In this document: positions 37,058 to 50,145 of the stretch, in pieces
How the letters are laid out: each line of letters opens with the position of its first letter
Position numbering within the stretch: the first letter of the stretch is position 1
From: Octopus vulgaris
Taxonomy: Eukaryota
DNA: 64,000 bases
Direction of reading: 5' to 3'
NCBI GenBank assembly: GCA_951406725.2
Contig: OX597830.1
Location: 58,094,001 to 58,158,000 of the forward strand
Made by a program: the position numbers and the translations under genes
Notes under the pieces: generated by a model
Told to the model about the DNA's origin: nothing
The model's database searches: none
Seen by the model: the letters and a program-made list of their open reading frames with translations, nothing else

Positions 37058-38046
37058 TGTTGGAATACGACCGTACGTAAGGAGTTTGGTGACAAATTTC
37101 TCCTCTTGTATGTCGCACGGCCGCATCCTAACATAACATAATGATATAAGCCATAATACATGTTTATATTATACAGTGCCAAAAGAAATGAATAAAGGAT
37201 GCCCAAACCGTTCTACTTTTATAAAGAGAAGATAGATTTTATTCACAGTGTACAAAGTGAGTTGTGATTACTAGCGTAGTGTTGTGTTATGAATGCCTGC
37301 GTATAATATTTGTGTCTGTGTGTTCTTGTGTGCGACAGGAGGTACAGATAAAGGTGCATGCGAATACAAGAGAATTACAGAGCATAAGAGAAGTCTCAAC
37401 ATATTGAGTTAAGATAGAGTTATTTTACCAGTTCATGTAGTACACGATAATAAGTTCTATAACAAGATTTGGGTCTCGAAGCAGAGACTAGTTGAGTCAC
37501 TTGTTGTGCATATTTCTCTTGATATAGATGGTCTTTCAGATATATACTGCAGCTGTTTTTCCGTGGTGATAGTTTCACACAAACAGCGTGAGTTGAATCT
37601 GTATTTATCTTATTGTGTACAAGTTGAATCTTCGGAGATGGAGATGATGCTGGTGATGACGTTCTATCTGCCGCTGGTATACAATAGTGTCTTCATAGTA
37701 TGGTTGGCTTGGCTGTCGTCTGTAATTTGAACTGGAACATGGTTGAGTAAGCTCTGTGTGGTCTCCGACCAGACCTTAGAAGGTCTTGAGTCGAAAGACG
37801 GTGAATCATGAAATAATCAGCCTATTTATGGACTGAAGATGGCTCAATTGAAAGATCCTATCCGAAAGCCATGATTGGTCAGTTTACACACTGGCATGAA
37901 ATAAGTAGAGAGACAGACTGCGCTTAGATGCTAACCAATCAGATCAGTGGACACAACAGGGTTAAACTAGCCAAAGATGTTTGTAATCTCAAACGAGATC
38001 ATTCCTAATGTTTTTCTCAAACAGTGAAGATAGCAATATTGCTACA
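37058..38046 (-). mobile_element. Probable solo LTR (~990 bp)
   Basis: TGT...ACA termini inside an (AAT)n tract; CpG-rich relative to the intron; on the minus strand CCAAT (37874), ATAAATA (37823) and AATAAA (37238) occur in LTR order; no ORF. Confidence 0.55.
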
Positions 38047-40663
38047 ATAATAATAATAATAATGATATAAAGGGTGTGCACTACTGAAAATCAGGTAAAC
38101 AATGCATCACCATATTAAGAGCAGTGACATTTGGCCTGTATGCATCATAACAGGATGTACACAGACAATACCTACAGAACACTCAAACAAAATGCTATAA
38201 ATGAAAACCACTTGGGCATGGGAAGGGCTCAGTTTGTTTCTGCAGTAAGCTTAAACACCTGCAGTTTTGTCATTGCATGAAAAGTCACCACCAAAAGCCG
38301 CAGACACAAATACAACACCCCAGAGCATTTCTACAGTAATATTTTACTAACCCCTTCTTTCCCGTTCAGGATCCCTTATAGAAATATTTGCAGCATAACT
38401 GGTATCACTGGGGTGTCAATATGTGAATATTTAGATATCTCTTCTAATTGTCATTTCTCTTTTACCCCTTCTCCTACGAAATGTGTAGCTTGCAGACCCT
38501 CTTCAAGAACCGGTTCTGAAACCCTCTCTTCTCTCATAGTTTAACCCCTTGTCCTCTAGCATGGAGCTGACTCCCCCCCCCTCCACTTTCCCTGGGGTTT
38601 GTAGTCTTGTGAGCCATCTGGCAACCTCAGTGGTGTAGGTGATATGAAAAGAAGCACCCAGTACTCTCTGTGATGTGATTGGCATTAGGAAGAGCACCCA
38701 GCTGCAGAAACCATTCCAAAGGAGACATTGGAGCACAATGCAGTCCCTGGGCCCAACGGATCCTGTCACACCATCCAACCCATGCCAGCGTGGAATGTAG
38801 ACGTCAAATGATTATGATGATGATCACATGCTATGTTGGGATGGTTTCATTAATAACAGCAAGAAGAAAGGAGCGCCATCAGTCACACTCTCACTGACTC
38901 CAACTTGCCTGCTCCAGATGTGGCTACCACCTCTGTCTGCAGATATGTAGAAACAGTGGTGATAGTGCAGCATGTTCATACGGTTACACTGTATCCTATG
39001 CAATGCATCCTTGAAGTGCACAGGTCAATCTTCAGGTGTGGAGATGGATCTGTGGGTTACATTTCCTTGTTTAGCACCAACTGCGTGCATGCCATGCGTT
39101 TCACCTAACACTGCACAACAATAACCAATGCAGTTGATTTTACTCCTTTCATTTTGATGACTTATTTGTGCAGTCATGTTGACACGTTAAAATTACCATT
39201 GTATGTTAACCTTTTCAAATCAGTTCAGTGGTATTTTCTTTTGTAAATACATTTGAAAAAAAGAGTACATGAAGTTATTCTTTAGTTATAAACAAAAGTG
39301 TATTGTAATAAAAAGTACTAATTATTGTTTGTCACATGCTCACAGAGTTGCATTGTTTAAGTACCAGACAGTTTTTTTTAATTAGTGGAAAGTATTTCTT
39401 TTATATAATTATGAATATGGCCGTCTATAGCATATACGTTTTTTTGACTGGAAATTTAAACCTATAATAAAGACAGAGCTGAGAGAAGCAGACATGAAGA
39501 CTTCTAAGTAGGTTTCCTGTTGGGTCAGTTTACAAACATTTCTTAACACACTCGCTTGTGCATGCACACACACACACACACATGCATTCACACACACAAG
39601 TTTCTCTTGAAAACTAGATTATTAATTATAGAAGTGATATTAATAGCCACAACACTCTACGGATTCCAACACTAATAAAAATGATTAAGCTGTATTATGT
39701 TCATATTTAAAAGAAAAACTGTACCCTACATATATACATATGAACTATTTATTTTCCACTTCAATAACTGAACAACTTTAACAGTGAAATCACTAATAAA
39801 TGATTTACTGAGAGGTATCAAGGCTTTAAAGAGCAGTGAAGTAGAAAGGGGAAAAAGGAAAACAAAGGCTTAGTTGTGAAAGGGTAATTAATCTTAGCTG
39901 AAGTGCATTGTGTTCACTTATTCTAACACAGCATTCACATTTGGTTTTGGCAGTAATTAAAAGGGGAAAATCTCTCACTGCGTTTCCCTATTAACATAAA
40001 ATATGATGTTATCCTGTATCAAATCTATAAAATATGTTTAAAACTGTTGGTTTATTGAAAGTTCAAATATTTTAATATGGTTGAATTCTGGAAGTTTGGC
40101 TCCTATGGAAGTAAGCATGAAACATTATAAAAATTATATATGGCTCTATATAACAGGGTGGGATTAATGGGATCGAGCATGACTGTATGGGGAAGAATTA
40201 AGAAAGAGAAATCAGTGAGATGTCTTTTTATTAATAAACAGATATTATAGGAGAGATATGATGAGAAAATCTCACAGGAAGCTTTCAAGAGATGGGATTA
40301 TTTAAAAATATTTGCAAGCTGTGTCTGTCCCTATGCAGAAGTGATAATGATGGCAGCTATAATAGTGCAACAAAATTCATTATGATGCTTGAAATAACGA
40401 GTTGGTATGCTTGGCTTGTACTATGCCAGTTTCATTTTAATTAAACGCAATTTGTGTCCAGTGTGACTTAACTAACCCACATTAAAACAAGACAGAAATT
40501 AAATTTGCCACTACCATCATTATTGTTACTGCTAATGTTTTGCTGCCTGTGATTATTGCAACAACAACAACACCCATCTTGTGTTAATTATAAATTAGCA
40601 TAGAGAAATAATGAGGAAATATTAATTGATTGACACAGTTTTTAATTTTGGACTACTTTTTTC

Positions 40664-42230
40664 AAAGCATTGGTGCTGGTGTCACATAAAAAGTACTGGT
40701 GCTGGTGCCACGTGGAAAGCACTGGTGTTTGTGCCATGTGGAAAGCACTGGTGCCGGTGCCACGTGGAAAGCACTGGTGTTTGTGCCACGTGGAAAGCAC
40801 TGGTGTTTGTGCCATGTGGAAAGCACTGGTGTTTGTGCCACGTGGAAAGCACTGGTGTTTGTGCCATGTGGAAAGCACTGGTGTTTGTGCCACGTGGAAA
40901 GCACTGGTGTTTGTGCCATGTGGAAAGCACTGGTGCCGGTGCCACGTGGAAAGCACTGGTGTTTGTGCCACGTGGAAAGCACTGGTGTTTGTGCCACGTG
41001 GAAAGCACTGGTGTTTGTGCCATGTGGAAAGCACTGGTGCCGGTGCCACGTGGAAAGCACTGGTGTTTGTGCCACGTGGAAAGCACTGGTGTTTGTGCCA
41101 CGTGGAAAGCACTGGTGTTTGTGCCATGTGGAAAGCACTGGTGCCGGTGCCACGTGGAAAGCACTGGTGTTTGTGCCACGTGGAAAGCACTGGTGTTTGT
41201 GCCATGTGGAAAGCACTGGTGCCGGTGCCACATGGAAAGCACTGGTGTTTGTGCCACGTGGAAAGCACTGGTGTTTGTGCCACGTGGAAAGCACTGGTGT
41301 TTGTGCCATGTGGAAAGCACTGGTGCCGGTGCCACGTGGAAAGCACTGGTGTTTGTGCCACGTGGAAAGCACTGGTGTTTGTGCCATGTGGAAAGCACTG
41401 GTGCCGGTGCCACGTGGAAAGCACTGGTGTTTGTGCCACGTGGAAAGCACTGGTGTTTGTGCCATGTGGAAAGCACTGGTGCCGGTGCCACGTGGAAAGC
41501 ACTGGTGTTTGTGCCACGTGGAAAGCACTGGTGTTTGTGCCACGTGGAAAGCACTGGTGTTTGTGCCATGTGGAAAGCACTGGTGCCGGTGCCACGTGGA
41601 AAGCACTGGTGTTTGTGCCATGTGGAAAGCACTGGTGCCGGTGCCACGTGGAAAGCACTGGTGTTTGTGCCATGTGGAAAGCACTGGTGCCGGTGCCACG
41701 TGGAAAGCACTGGTGTTTGTGCCATGTGGAAAGCACTGGTGCCGGTGCCACGTGGAAAGCACTGGTGTTTGTGCCATGTGGAAAGCACTGGTGTTTGTGC
41801 CACATGGAAAGCACTGGTGTTTGTGCCACGTGGAAAGCACTGGTGTTTGTGCCACGTGGAAAGCACTGGTGTTTGTGCCACGTGGAAAGCACTGGTGTTT
41901 GTGCCATGTGGAAAGCACTGGTGCCGGTGCCACGTGGAAAGCACTGGTGTTTGTGCCATGTGGAAAGCACTGGTGCCGGTGCCACGTGGAAAGCACTGGT
42001 GTTTGTGCCACGTGGAAAGCACTGGTGTTTGTGCCATGTGGAAAGCACTGGTGCCGGTGCCACGTGGAAAGCACTGGTGTTTGTGCCACGTGGAAAGCAC
42101 TGGTGTTTGTGCCATGTGGAAAGCACTGGTGCCGGTGCCACGTGGAAAGCACTGGTGTTTGTGCCACGTGGAAAGCACTGGTGTTTGTGCCATGTGGAAA
42201 GCACTGGTGCCGGTGCCACGTGGAAAGCAC
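40664..42230 (+). repeat. 26-bp minisatellite, ~60 units: GCACTGGTG(TTT/CCG)GTGCCA(C/T)GTGGAAA
   Basis: Direct reading; the 26-aa periodicity of the ORFs equals three 26-bp units; runs directly into an RTE tail. Confidence 0.97.
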
Positions 42231-42388
42231 CTAGTACACTCTGTAAAATGGTTGGCGTTAGGAAGGGCATCCAGCCATAGAAACCAAAATGGTCAACGGA
42301 ACCTTGTGTGGATCCCTACCATGCCAGCTCCTGTCAAACTGTCCAACTTGTGTTAGCATGGAAAGTGGACATTAAATGATGATGATGC
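42231..42388 (+). mobile_element. RTE 3' tail terminating the minisatellite
   Basis: AGTACACTCTGTAAAATGGTTGGCGTTAGGAAGGGCATCCAGC..AGCATGGAAAGTGGACATTAAATGATGATGATG. Confidence 0.88.
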
Positions 42389-42725
42389 AAATGTAATATT
42401 TCCTCTTGCAGCTTCAATTTCAGTTTCTGGTAGAATTTTTTTCACTTTAACCTTTAAAAGAGAAATATATCTAAATAAAAACCGTATCAGAAAATCAGTC
42501 ATTCAAGATAATTTTCTTGCTAAACCAAACTTTTTCAGTTTTGTTTGGAGATAGAAGTAGAATTTTAAGAAATATAAACTCTGTGAATTTGAATGCAGTT
42601 CATAAATTCTTTGTCTTCATAAAAATAAAATAATTGAATTCAAGGGTAATCAATAGTTCAAGGTGGTGAACTGGTGGAATTGTTAGCATGCTGGGCAAAA
42701 TGTTTAGTGCCATTTTAATAATAAT

Positions 42726-43100
42726 AACAAGAGCACTCAGAGAGTGCAAACCTCCACTAAGGCAACACCGATGTCCTCCCTAACAATTAGCCAGAGATGA
42801 TTTTTAAAATGAGAAAATCTGAAATAAACTCTACTGCTCTCACAAACAAGAATACTAAAAACGAACCTACCACTCTCAAGATGAAGTAAAAAAAGAAAAA
42901 CGGAAATATAATCCAGAATCCTTGTCCAGTATCAGATTGATCCCAAAATCTAATCAGTTTGTGCCAGTGACAAGGCCAAACATCTCTGAAAGTTACATCC
43001 GAATCCATCCAGTGGTTCTTGAGATATCTTGTCCACAAACAAACAAACAAACAAACACAACTGAAAACAATCCCTTGGCCTTTGCTAAGGCGGAGGTAAA
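42726..43100 (-). mobile_element. Helentron-associated / DINE-1-like non-autonomous element
   Basis: Terminal AACAAG, hairpin GCACTC-AGA-GAGTGC, subterminal inverted repeat ACCTCC../..GGAGGT, internal (AAAC)n, A-rich flanks. Confidence 0.7.
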
Positions 43101-43454
43101 AATAATGAAATGATTGTGTAAAGTGCTCAGGTGCACTACAGCTTATCAAAGGTGCATGTATAGTACATAGAATTATGCAGAAAAGTCAGGAAAGTGAACA
43201 GTGTATGATTCATGATATACAGGTGTATGGAGTGGGGTAGATATCAGGTGTAGTGTTGGCGAATTTCGGGAAGCACAGAGGTTTTAAAGGATGCAGTGTC
43301 TTGACAACTAACAAATGATACAGGTAGTTTGTTCCATGCTTCGGCCACATTGTATAGTCGATACTACATAATTGTCCTTCTTATGAACCACACATCCCTG
43401 AAAGATAAGATTAGAAGGAGAAAAACATGAAACTCTGCCAAGGTCGACTATTTT

Positions 43455-43645
43455 TAGGGCAACGAGCTGGCAGAATTCTAAGCATACTGGACAAAATGCT
43501 TTGTGGCATTTTGTCTGTCTTTACGTCTTGTGTTCAAATTCTGCTGAGGTTGACTTTGCTTTTCATTCTTTCAGAGTCGATAAACTAAATACCAGTAGAG
43601 CCCCCTCCCTTGAAATTGCTGGCCTTGTGCCAAAATTTGAAACTA
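43455..43645 (+). mobile_element. tRNA-SINE family B
   Basis: GAGCTGGCAGAA head, central domain, GGCCTTGTGCCAAAATTTGAAAC tail. Confidence 0.75.
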
Positions 43646-43761
43646 ATTTATTCCAGATTTTTTTCAATGAGTCTAATTTTCATTGATGAGCTGGTATATA
43701 GAAATGGCTATTAAGGAAGGATAGGAAAATATTAGATTTATAAGCCCTAAAATTCACTCCA

Positions 43762-44022
43762 TAATTGCCCACAGGCATATGGCATAGTGGTTAAAAGCAT
43801 GGGCTACTAACCCCAAGATAATAATAATAATAATAATAATAATATCGAAAAATACCTTAGGAATGAGAACCCAGGTTTTGAAATTTCCCCAAGACACCTG
43901 ATGAAGGCTGGAGGGTATATCAGCCGAAACGTTGTGTTAACAACAAACAAGATGAGGACAAATATCCGTCAAATGTAAATAATGTACATAATTCCTCATC
44001 TCTCAAATATATATACAACTGT
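43762..44022 (+). mobile_element. tRNA-head/hammerhead element, copy C (single arm, B box deleted, ribozyme core intact)
   Basis: CACAGGCATATGGCATAGTGGTTAA head, (AAT)n, then the same tail as the right arm of copy A. Confidence 0.85.
43893..43938 (+). ncRNA. Minimal type I hammerhead ribozyme (Penelope-like-element type)
   Basis: Stem I GACAC/GTGTT; core CTGATGA; extra A; stem II GGCTG-10 nt loop-CAGCC; GAAA; palindromic stem III AACGTT; NUH triplet GTT with predicted cleavage after 43933. Confidence 0.75.
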
Positions 44023-44500
44023 ATCGTTTTTTGTTTTGTAGTAACATTTCTACATACATTATATAGTCGATACTACATAGTTGTCTTTCTTATGAACCAC
44101 ATCCTTGAAAGATAAGATGGAGGAAAACAATGAGAGATATTTCCAAGTGCTTTTGGCAGCTCTGATTTTTTTTTTTTTTAACGCAGACAATATTTGGAAT
44201 ATTCCCAACTGCTTTAAATTTCGAAGGCCAGTATACGCAGGTGAGAAGAGAGTAATTTATGAACAGGAAGTAATGATTGAACATTTTGCTGCAACTAAAC
44301 AAAATGTTTGAACCCCTGCCTTCAACTCGTTTTCATTTTTTTTTTTTCAAGTTAAAATTCTCTTTGTTTAGTGTATGTAATATCTAATATATACCTAGCA
44401 CATTGCATTAATCTCCATAATGTTTTGACCTCACTAGTTTTCAGTTATTAGTCAATAAACAGCTGCTGCAAACTGTTAAATTTCATTTTACCCATCCACC

Positions 44501-44537
<37 letters not shown>

Positions 44538-45282
44538 GTGTGTGTGTGTGTGTAATGTATCATCATACATTATGTATGTATGTATAAAATCTATATTGTA
44601 TACAGAGTAGTAACAAATAATTCTCTTCCAATATGGCTTTCTTTCTTTGCTTGAAATGAGTTAGGGGAGTAATTAACACATTTTTAATAATAAAATAAAA
44701 TTATTGTTCCAAATTACTGTTGCAGTCTTTTACAAATTCAACTGATATCAGTCAGCTAACTTTGGAAGATATGAATAATTCTACTTAATTTATTTTCTGG
44801 GACAACACATAGCTGAATACACAAAGAATAGAAATCCGACTTTGCTTTAATTCAGTAAACTGATCCATACATTGCTATATTTGGTTAAAAATAAGCATTT
44901 ACAAATCATGTAATCACATACTGATTATAGGAAACCTATAAAGTCTTTTGATAAATGCTGTTTTTTCCCCATATTTAGAACACCTTTTGCTAAACACTTG
45001 GCTCACAGTTATTAAATTGGAACCAATGACTGTGTAGCGAGTACATCGTCATTGTTTTTATATCCACTTTTTCATACTTGCATGGGTTAGATGGAGTTTA
45101 TTGAGGCAGATTTTCTGCAACTGGATGCCTTTCCTGTTGCTAACCTTCACCTGTTTCAAGCAAGGTAATATCATCCCATGGCTGGACAGGCTTTCATGGA
45201 AGACTGGAACCAAACAGCACTGCTTGTATAACAATGGTGCTCATTTACAACTATTGTACCAAGACAAGGAGGCACAAACCTA

Positions 45283-46172
45283 CGAGGTGGTATGAAAAAG
45301 TTCTCGGAACAGTTCTGTAGCAAGCCAACAAATGGCAGCACACACTTGCGTGCGCAGTGAGGGCTGGTAGTGACCTTTATGAGACTGTGTCCCTAGTGAC
45401 GTTGCTGTGTTTGCTTTGTAAGTTGTGAAATTTGTGATTTTTGTGATCACATGTATGCTGTAGTTGATTTTCATCATGGACATGAAGTTGGAACAAAGAG
45501 CCAACATGGAATTTTGCGTTAAACTTGAGAAGTCTGCTATGGAGACATTGAGCATGCTTTGGTAAGCTTATGACGATGAAGCAGCGGATCGTATACAATG
45601 TTTCAAGTGGCACGGGTGCTTCAGAAGCAGAACATCCCTGGAAGATGATGAGCGATCTGGAAGATCTATCATAAGTGTCACCTCTGGAAATGTGGAGAAA
45701 ATCCATCAGTTTGTGCATGAGGGCCATTGGAGGACAATCAATAATATTTTGAAGCATTTGAGGGAAGACATTGAATGAAAGCAACTGGATGTGTGGAGTG
45801 CAAAGAATAGGGTTCTTCATGATGACAAAGCACCCTGTCATTGCTCTCTTCACTTACGAAAAAATATGGTATCACTTCCACACCTGCTGTTTTTGCCAGA
45901 TTTAGCACCTGCAGACTTCCATATCTTCCCCAAGAGGAAAATGCATCTCAAAGGTCGCTGTTTTAACTCTGTTGTTGAGAGCGAATCACAGAAGGTCCTT
46001 GACTCATGGAAAATGATTTCCTGGCTGGATACCAAAAGTGGCAGGAACACTGGGACCTGTATATTGCTGTGCAAGGTGACTGTTTCGAAGGAGACCCATG
46101 TTAAAACTTAAGGAAATAAGTTATTTTTTTTTATTAAATATAACTAGTCTGGGAACTTTTTGATATCACATA
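45283..46172 (+). mobile_element. Decayed, internally deleted mariner transposon
   Basis: TA|CGAGGTGGTATGAAAAAGTTC left TIR and GAACTTTTTGATATCAC right; remnants EQRANMEFCVKL..SLEDDERSGR (Mos1-type HTH) and LHDDKAPCH..PDLAPADFHIFPK. Confidence 0.85.
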
Positions 46173-46908
46173 TATACATACATGATAGGCTTCTTTCAGT
46201 TTCCATTTACCAAATCCACTTACATGTCTTTGGGGATATAGTAGGAGACTTACCCAAGGTGATACACAGTGGGACTGGTCCCATGACCGTGTTGTTGAGA
46301 AGCAAACTTAACCCCAAAGCCACATCTGTGTGTGTATACACACACATACACATACTCTCTTATAAAAGTGTATTTATAATTTAAAGGTGTGTATGTGTGC
46401 GTGTATGTGAGTACATTTATAAATGTATGTGTGTCGGTGAATAATGTAGACAACAAAGAATTCTAAAAGAATTGAAATTCCAATTCATTTCGAACCTTTC
46501 ACACACGTTGTCGTTTGTTATATCATCTGCCTGGATTGTCTAAATCCAGCTTTGGCCCACTTGAGTTATTTCCCTTATCTTTCCTTTCCTTTTTCTACTT
46601 ATTCCTCTCCACTTCCATCCAGTGCACATGTCTCACTACCATGTATATTCATGCTTCCCCCACAAGTCCTAATCTATTATATTTCCACAGACTGATATCT
46701 TTTATTGATTTATAGTCTGCTTTTGTGCACAGAAGTATTTTTTGTTGTCAAGTCAGGTAACGGTTCCTTGAACTTTTACTCTATACTATTATGAAGCTCT
46801 CACTGTAATCTCGATGCTAGGTCACCCACATAGAAGCTATCAAGTAAATGTAACAAACTGTCTGAGTTACTCCTGAATTTTACTTGGTTGGCGCTCTTGC
46901 TCGTCACG

Positions 46909-47008
46909 CCCCAAATCCCGCTCCTCTCTCACTCCTCAAATCCCGCTCCTCTCTCACTCCCCAAATCCCGCTCCTCTCTCACTCCCCAAATCCCGCTCCT
47001 CTCTCACT
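46909..47008. repeat. 25-bp tandem repeat x4 (CCCCAAATCCCGCTCCTCTCTCACT)
   Basis: AAATCCCG at 46913, 46938, 46963 and 46988. Confidence 0.92.
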
Positions 47009-47120
47009 CACAGATCATACGATTTCAACATGACTTTTTCTATATTTATACAAACACAACACTTTGACTGCTTGATCGTTATTTTGTTTGTGTATCTGTG
47101 ATCCTGGAAATGGTTCCCAG

Positions 47121-47392
47121 CAGCGGTTCCCAAAGTGGGCAGTATTGCCCTCCTGGCGGGAGGGGGCAGTGGATAGTTCCAAGGAGGCATTGAAGAAAAG
47201 TGGGGTGATAATGGGGTGGCAGTTCATGTAAAAACAATAAAATAAGGGGTTGATTAGGTTAAGTTTTATTTGTGAAATACAGTTTGCTTCAGAAAGCGGT
47301 TTATGCTTGTGAGGGTTGGTTGGGGTGGGGGCGCTAGGAGTGTGTCCTGGGTGTCAAGGGGGTGGCCGCCCGAAGATGTTTGGGAACCACTG
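47121..47392. mobile_element. hAT (Charlie-like) MITE
   Basis: TIRs CAGCGGTTCCCAAA / TTTGGGAACCACTG. Confidence 0.8.
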
Positions 47393-49974
47393 GTTTAGAG
47401 GAACAGATATATTCATATATTGTCTACATCAGGCAGGAACAACTTTTTGAGAAGCAGGTTGCATGAGACATTGCTCATCAACAGGTGGGCGAGTAGAAAA
47501 AAATCCAATTTTGTGTGTCAGGTGTGCTATTCAGTTTGCCTCTGATTAGTCTAAGTGTTCCGTTAAGGAAATATCAACATCAACCTCAAATGTCTTGTGT
47601 TCTTTCTACATTTCAAACGATGAGACAGTATTCATTTGTCACAGATTATCGTTAACATAATTATGGCTAAAACAAACTTCAACAAAGACAAAAACTGTCA
47701 CTTAACAGGTTTCAGAAGTGACCCTGTTTATAGTCTACATCAGTTGCTAATGTTTCATGCTCTAATTCTTTATAGCAACAGCTTGCAACTATGACAGTGG
47801 TTGTATAACAGGTTCTATGATACTTTGTGAGGGGAGACAAAAAAAAAAAAGGAAAAATAAAAAAACTGGGAAAATTATATTAGTTACTTTGGTTGTTAAC
47901 TATTTTTCCTGTTAATAAAATGTCTGATGGGAAAATACCTAAAGAGAATGAATATTTTACGTAATAAACAGAAATATGATAGTCCTTATGTATGTAATAA
48001 GTTGAGTGAAATTGTTCAACTGAGATTTTTAGAAGGGTTTTTATTTTATCTACCAGTTGCTTGGCAATTGGTAGATAACCTCCCCCCTCTAAACACAACA
48101 AACCTGCAAGACAACTCTAGTAAGACCAGTTGATCAAAAGTTGTGGACCAAAAAGAGATTAAGCAGATTGGAGTGGATCTGGTGCTTAAAGCCAACCAGT
48201 AAACACTATTATTGGATTTAATCTGATGAGGAGATTTTTACTGATGTGTGTGTGTTTTCTTTTCTCTTTTTAATTTAGAGTTTATTGTGACCACCACACC
48301 TGCTTTGTATCAGGATTGTGAAAGAAAGCAGCTTGTTTTATTCATCATTTTTTGACCTGAAGAATGTCTTGCAGACTTTTATTGTCCCAGATATTGTGGA
48401 TTCTGGTCATTTATAGCATATGAATTAAGGAGTTGCATTCTCTCCCCAAGACCCCAAGTTTAGCCGTACCTTGCTCAACATGGGTTCACATGTGTCCTGT
48501 TGCTCCAATAATAATAGATATGAAACTGAAAGTGTCTCTTGGGCACTGGACTTGCAAACACTTTATCCACGGTCCATAAATGTTTTCTTCCCCTTTTTTT
48601 TTTGTTGCTGACCCCATTGGCACCCAGAGGAAAGCTGATTTCCACAACAGAGCATAGTTTTATCTTGTGGTCCACTCACAACAATATCTGGTTGATTGTG
48701 TTTTAATTCATAAGTTCTACCAATATTTCCCTAACCCATCCGTCTCAGTATTTCTCAATATGTATGTAGTGACATGGATTACATTTGAGAAGACTAACAC
48801 TTAAAAAGGGAAAAACAAAGTCCACAGATTCATTGTCCCTGATATAGCCTTCCTTTATTTGGGGACCACATTGTGTACTCCAACACATGGTGCTTTATCA
48901 TATGGAAAGCCTTGTTATTATTGTTGTGCAAAAGTCAGGTCAGCTCTGCTTCATGCAGACCTACCTTGGCTCACACACCTACACCTCACATGTGGGCAGC
49001 CAACTGACCCACCAACCTCTTCTTAAGAGTGGTAACTTGCTGATAACCCCGTTTCTATCAGTCAGTTGATTATGCAATGTTTAGGTTGTTATATTATGTT
49101 TCATAGTTGTCTATTTTAATATTTTAATTAAACTGTTTATTATGCAATGGCTGGGTTATTTTACTGGTTATAAGAGGGTTATTTGTTCTATATATAACGC
49201 ATTGGTTCTTCAGTTCTACTCACTGGTACAGTTATTTCCTTGTACTCTTCTGCTTTTGACTAACTGCTGTGTTTAATATCTTTATTATACAGTTCTGTTA
49301 GTAATTAGTATTGTTAGAGCCGTGCCCTGCTAACATTCCACACACATTCCATATGCTGTGTGCAACTAGTACAGACTTGTGCTGTTTTTAGTTTCTTGGC
49401 CGTGTCTTTTTATAAAGAGATTTTATATAGCTAAAAACATTCTGTGCTTTTTTTTTATATTAAACACATGCTGTTAATAAACCGCTTTAAATATGAAAAC
49501 TATTTGTGGGATAATCTTAGTTAGCATTTAGTTTTATTCACAAAGCTTTTTCTCAAGACTTCAGAGACGTTATTGAATTAAATTTCCTCCTCAAATATAT
49601 TCACAAATTAACCCAGTTATGAATTTCAGCAGACAAATGGCTTATCTAAACCATTTCTGCTTCATCTTTGTTTCTAAATTCTTTTTCTCATTCAGTATTA
49701 GACATGCATAGGAACTGGTTTTTCTTTGTAGGGTCAATTTAAAGGAGCAAGTAAAAATTTGAAATTTGGAAAAGAAGTGGTACATGTTAAAGCATGTCTG
49801 TTGTGTTGATTTGCAGAAAGCACCACATGTTAAACAATTAACGATAGGGGTGGAAATGCAAAATTAGGAAATGAAAAATGTAGAACTGTAGCTTGATGAC
49901 GATGATGATGATAAAATAATTTTTTAAAAAACCCCAAAAATAGGGAGACTGTTTTGATACACCATTGAAAATAT

Positions 49975-50145
49975 TGGTTTCAAATTTTGCCACAAGGGCA
50001 GAAATTTTGGAAGTGGGACTAAGTTGATTACATCAACCCCAATGCTCATCAACCCTGAAACAATGAAGGGCAAAGTCAACCTTGGCAGAATTTGAACTCA
50101 GAACATGGAGACAGACGAAATGCTGCTGAACATTTTGTCTGGCAT
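49975..50145 (-). mobile_element. tRNA-SINE family B, decayed
   Basis: Reverse complement of family B. Confidence 0.7.

Noticed and set aside
40664-42230. CRISPR-like array
   Set aside because: Units are contiguous with no unique spacers, there are no cas genes, and the context is a eukaryotic intron
40626-42356. Six overlapping 500-576 aa Cys/His-rich ORFs
   Set aside because: Artefact of a stop-free 26-bp tandem unit open in all six frames; intronic, continuous with an RTE 3' UTR, no splice or codon evidence
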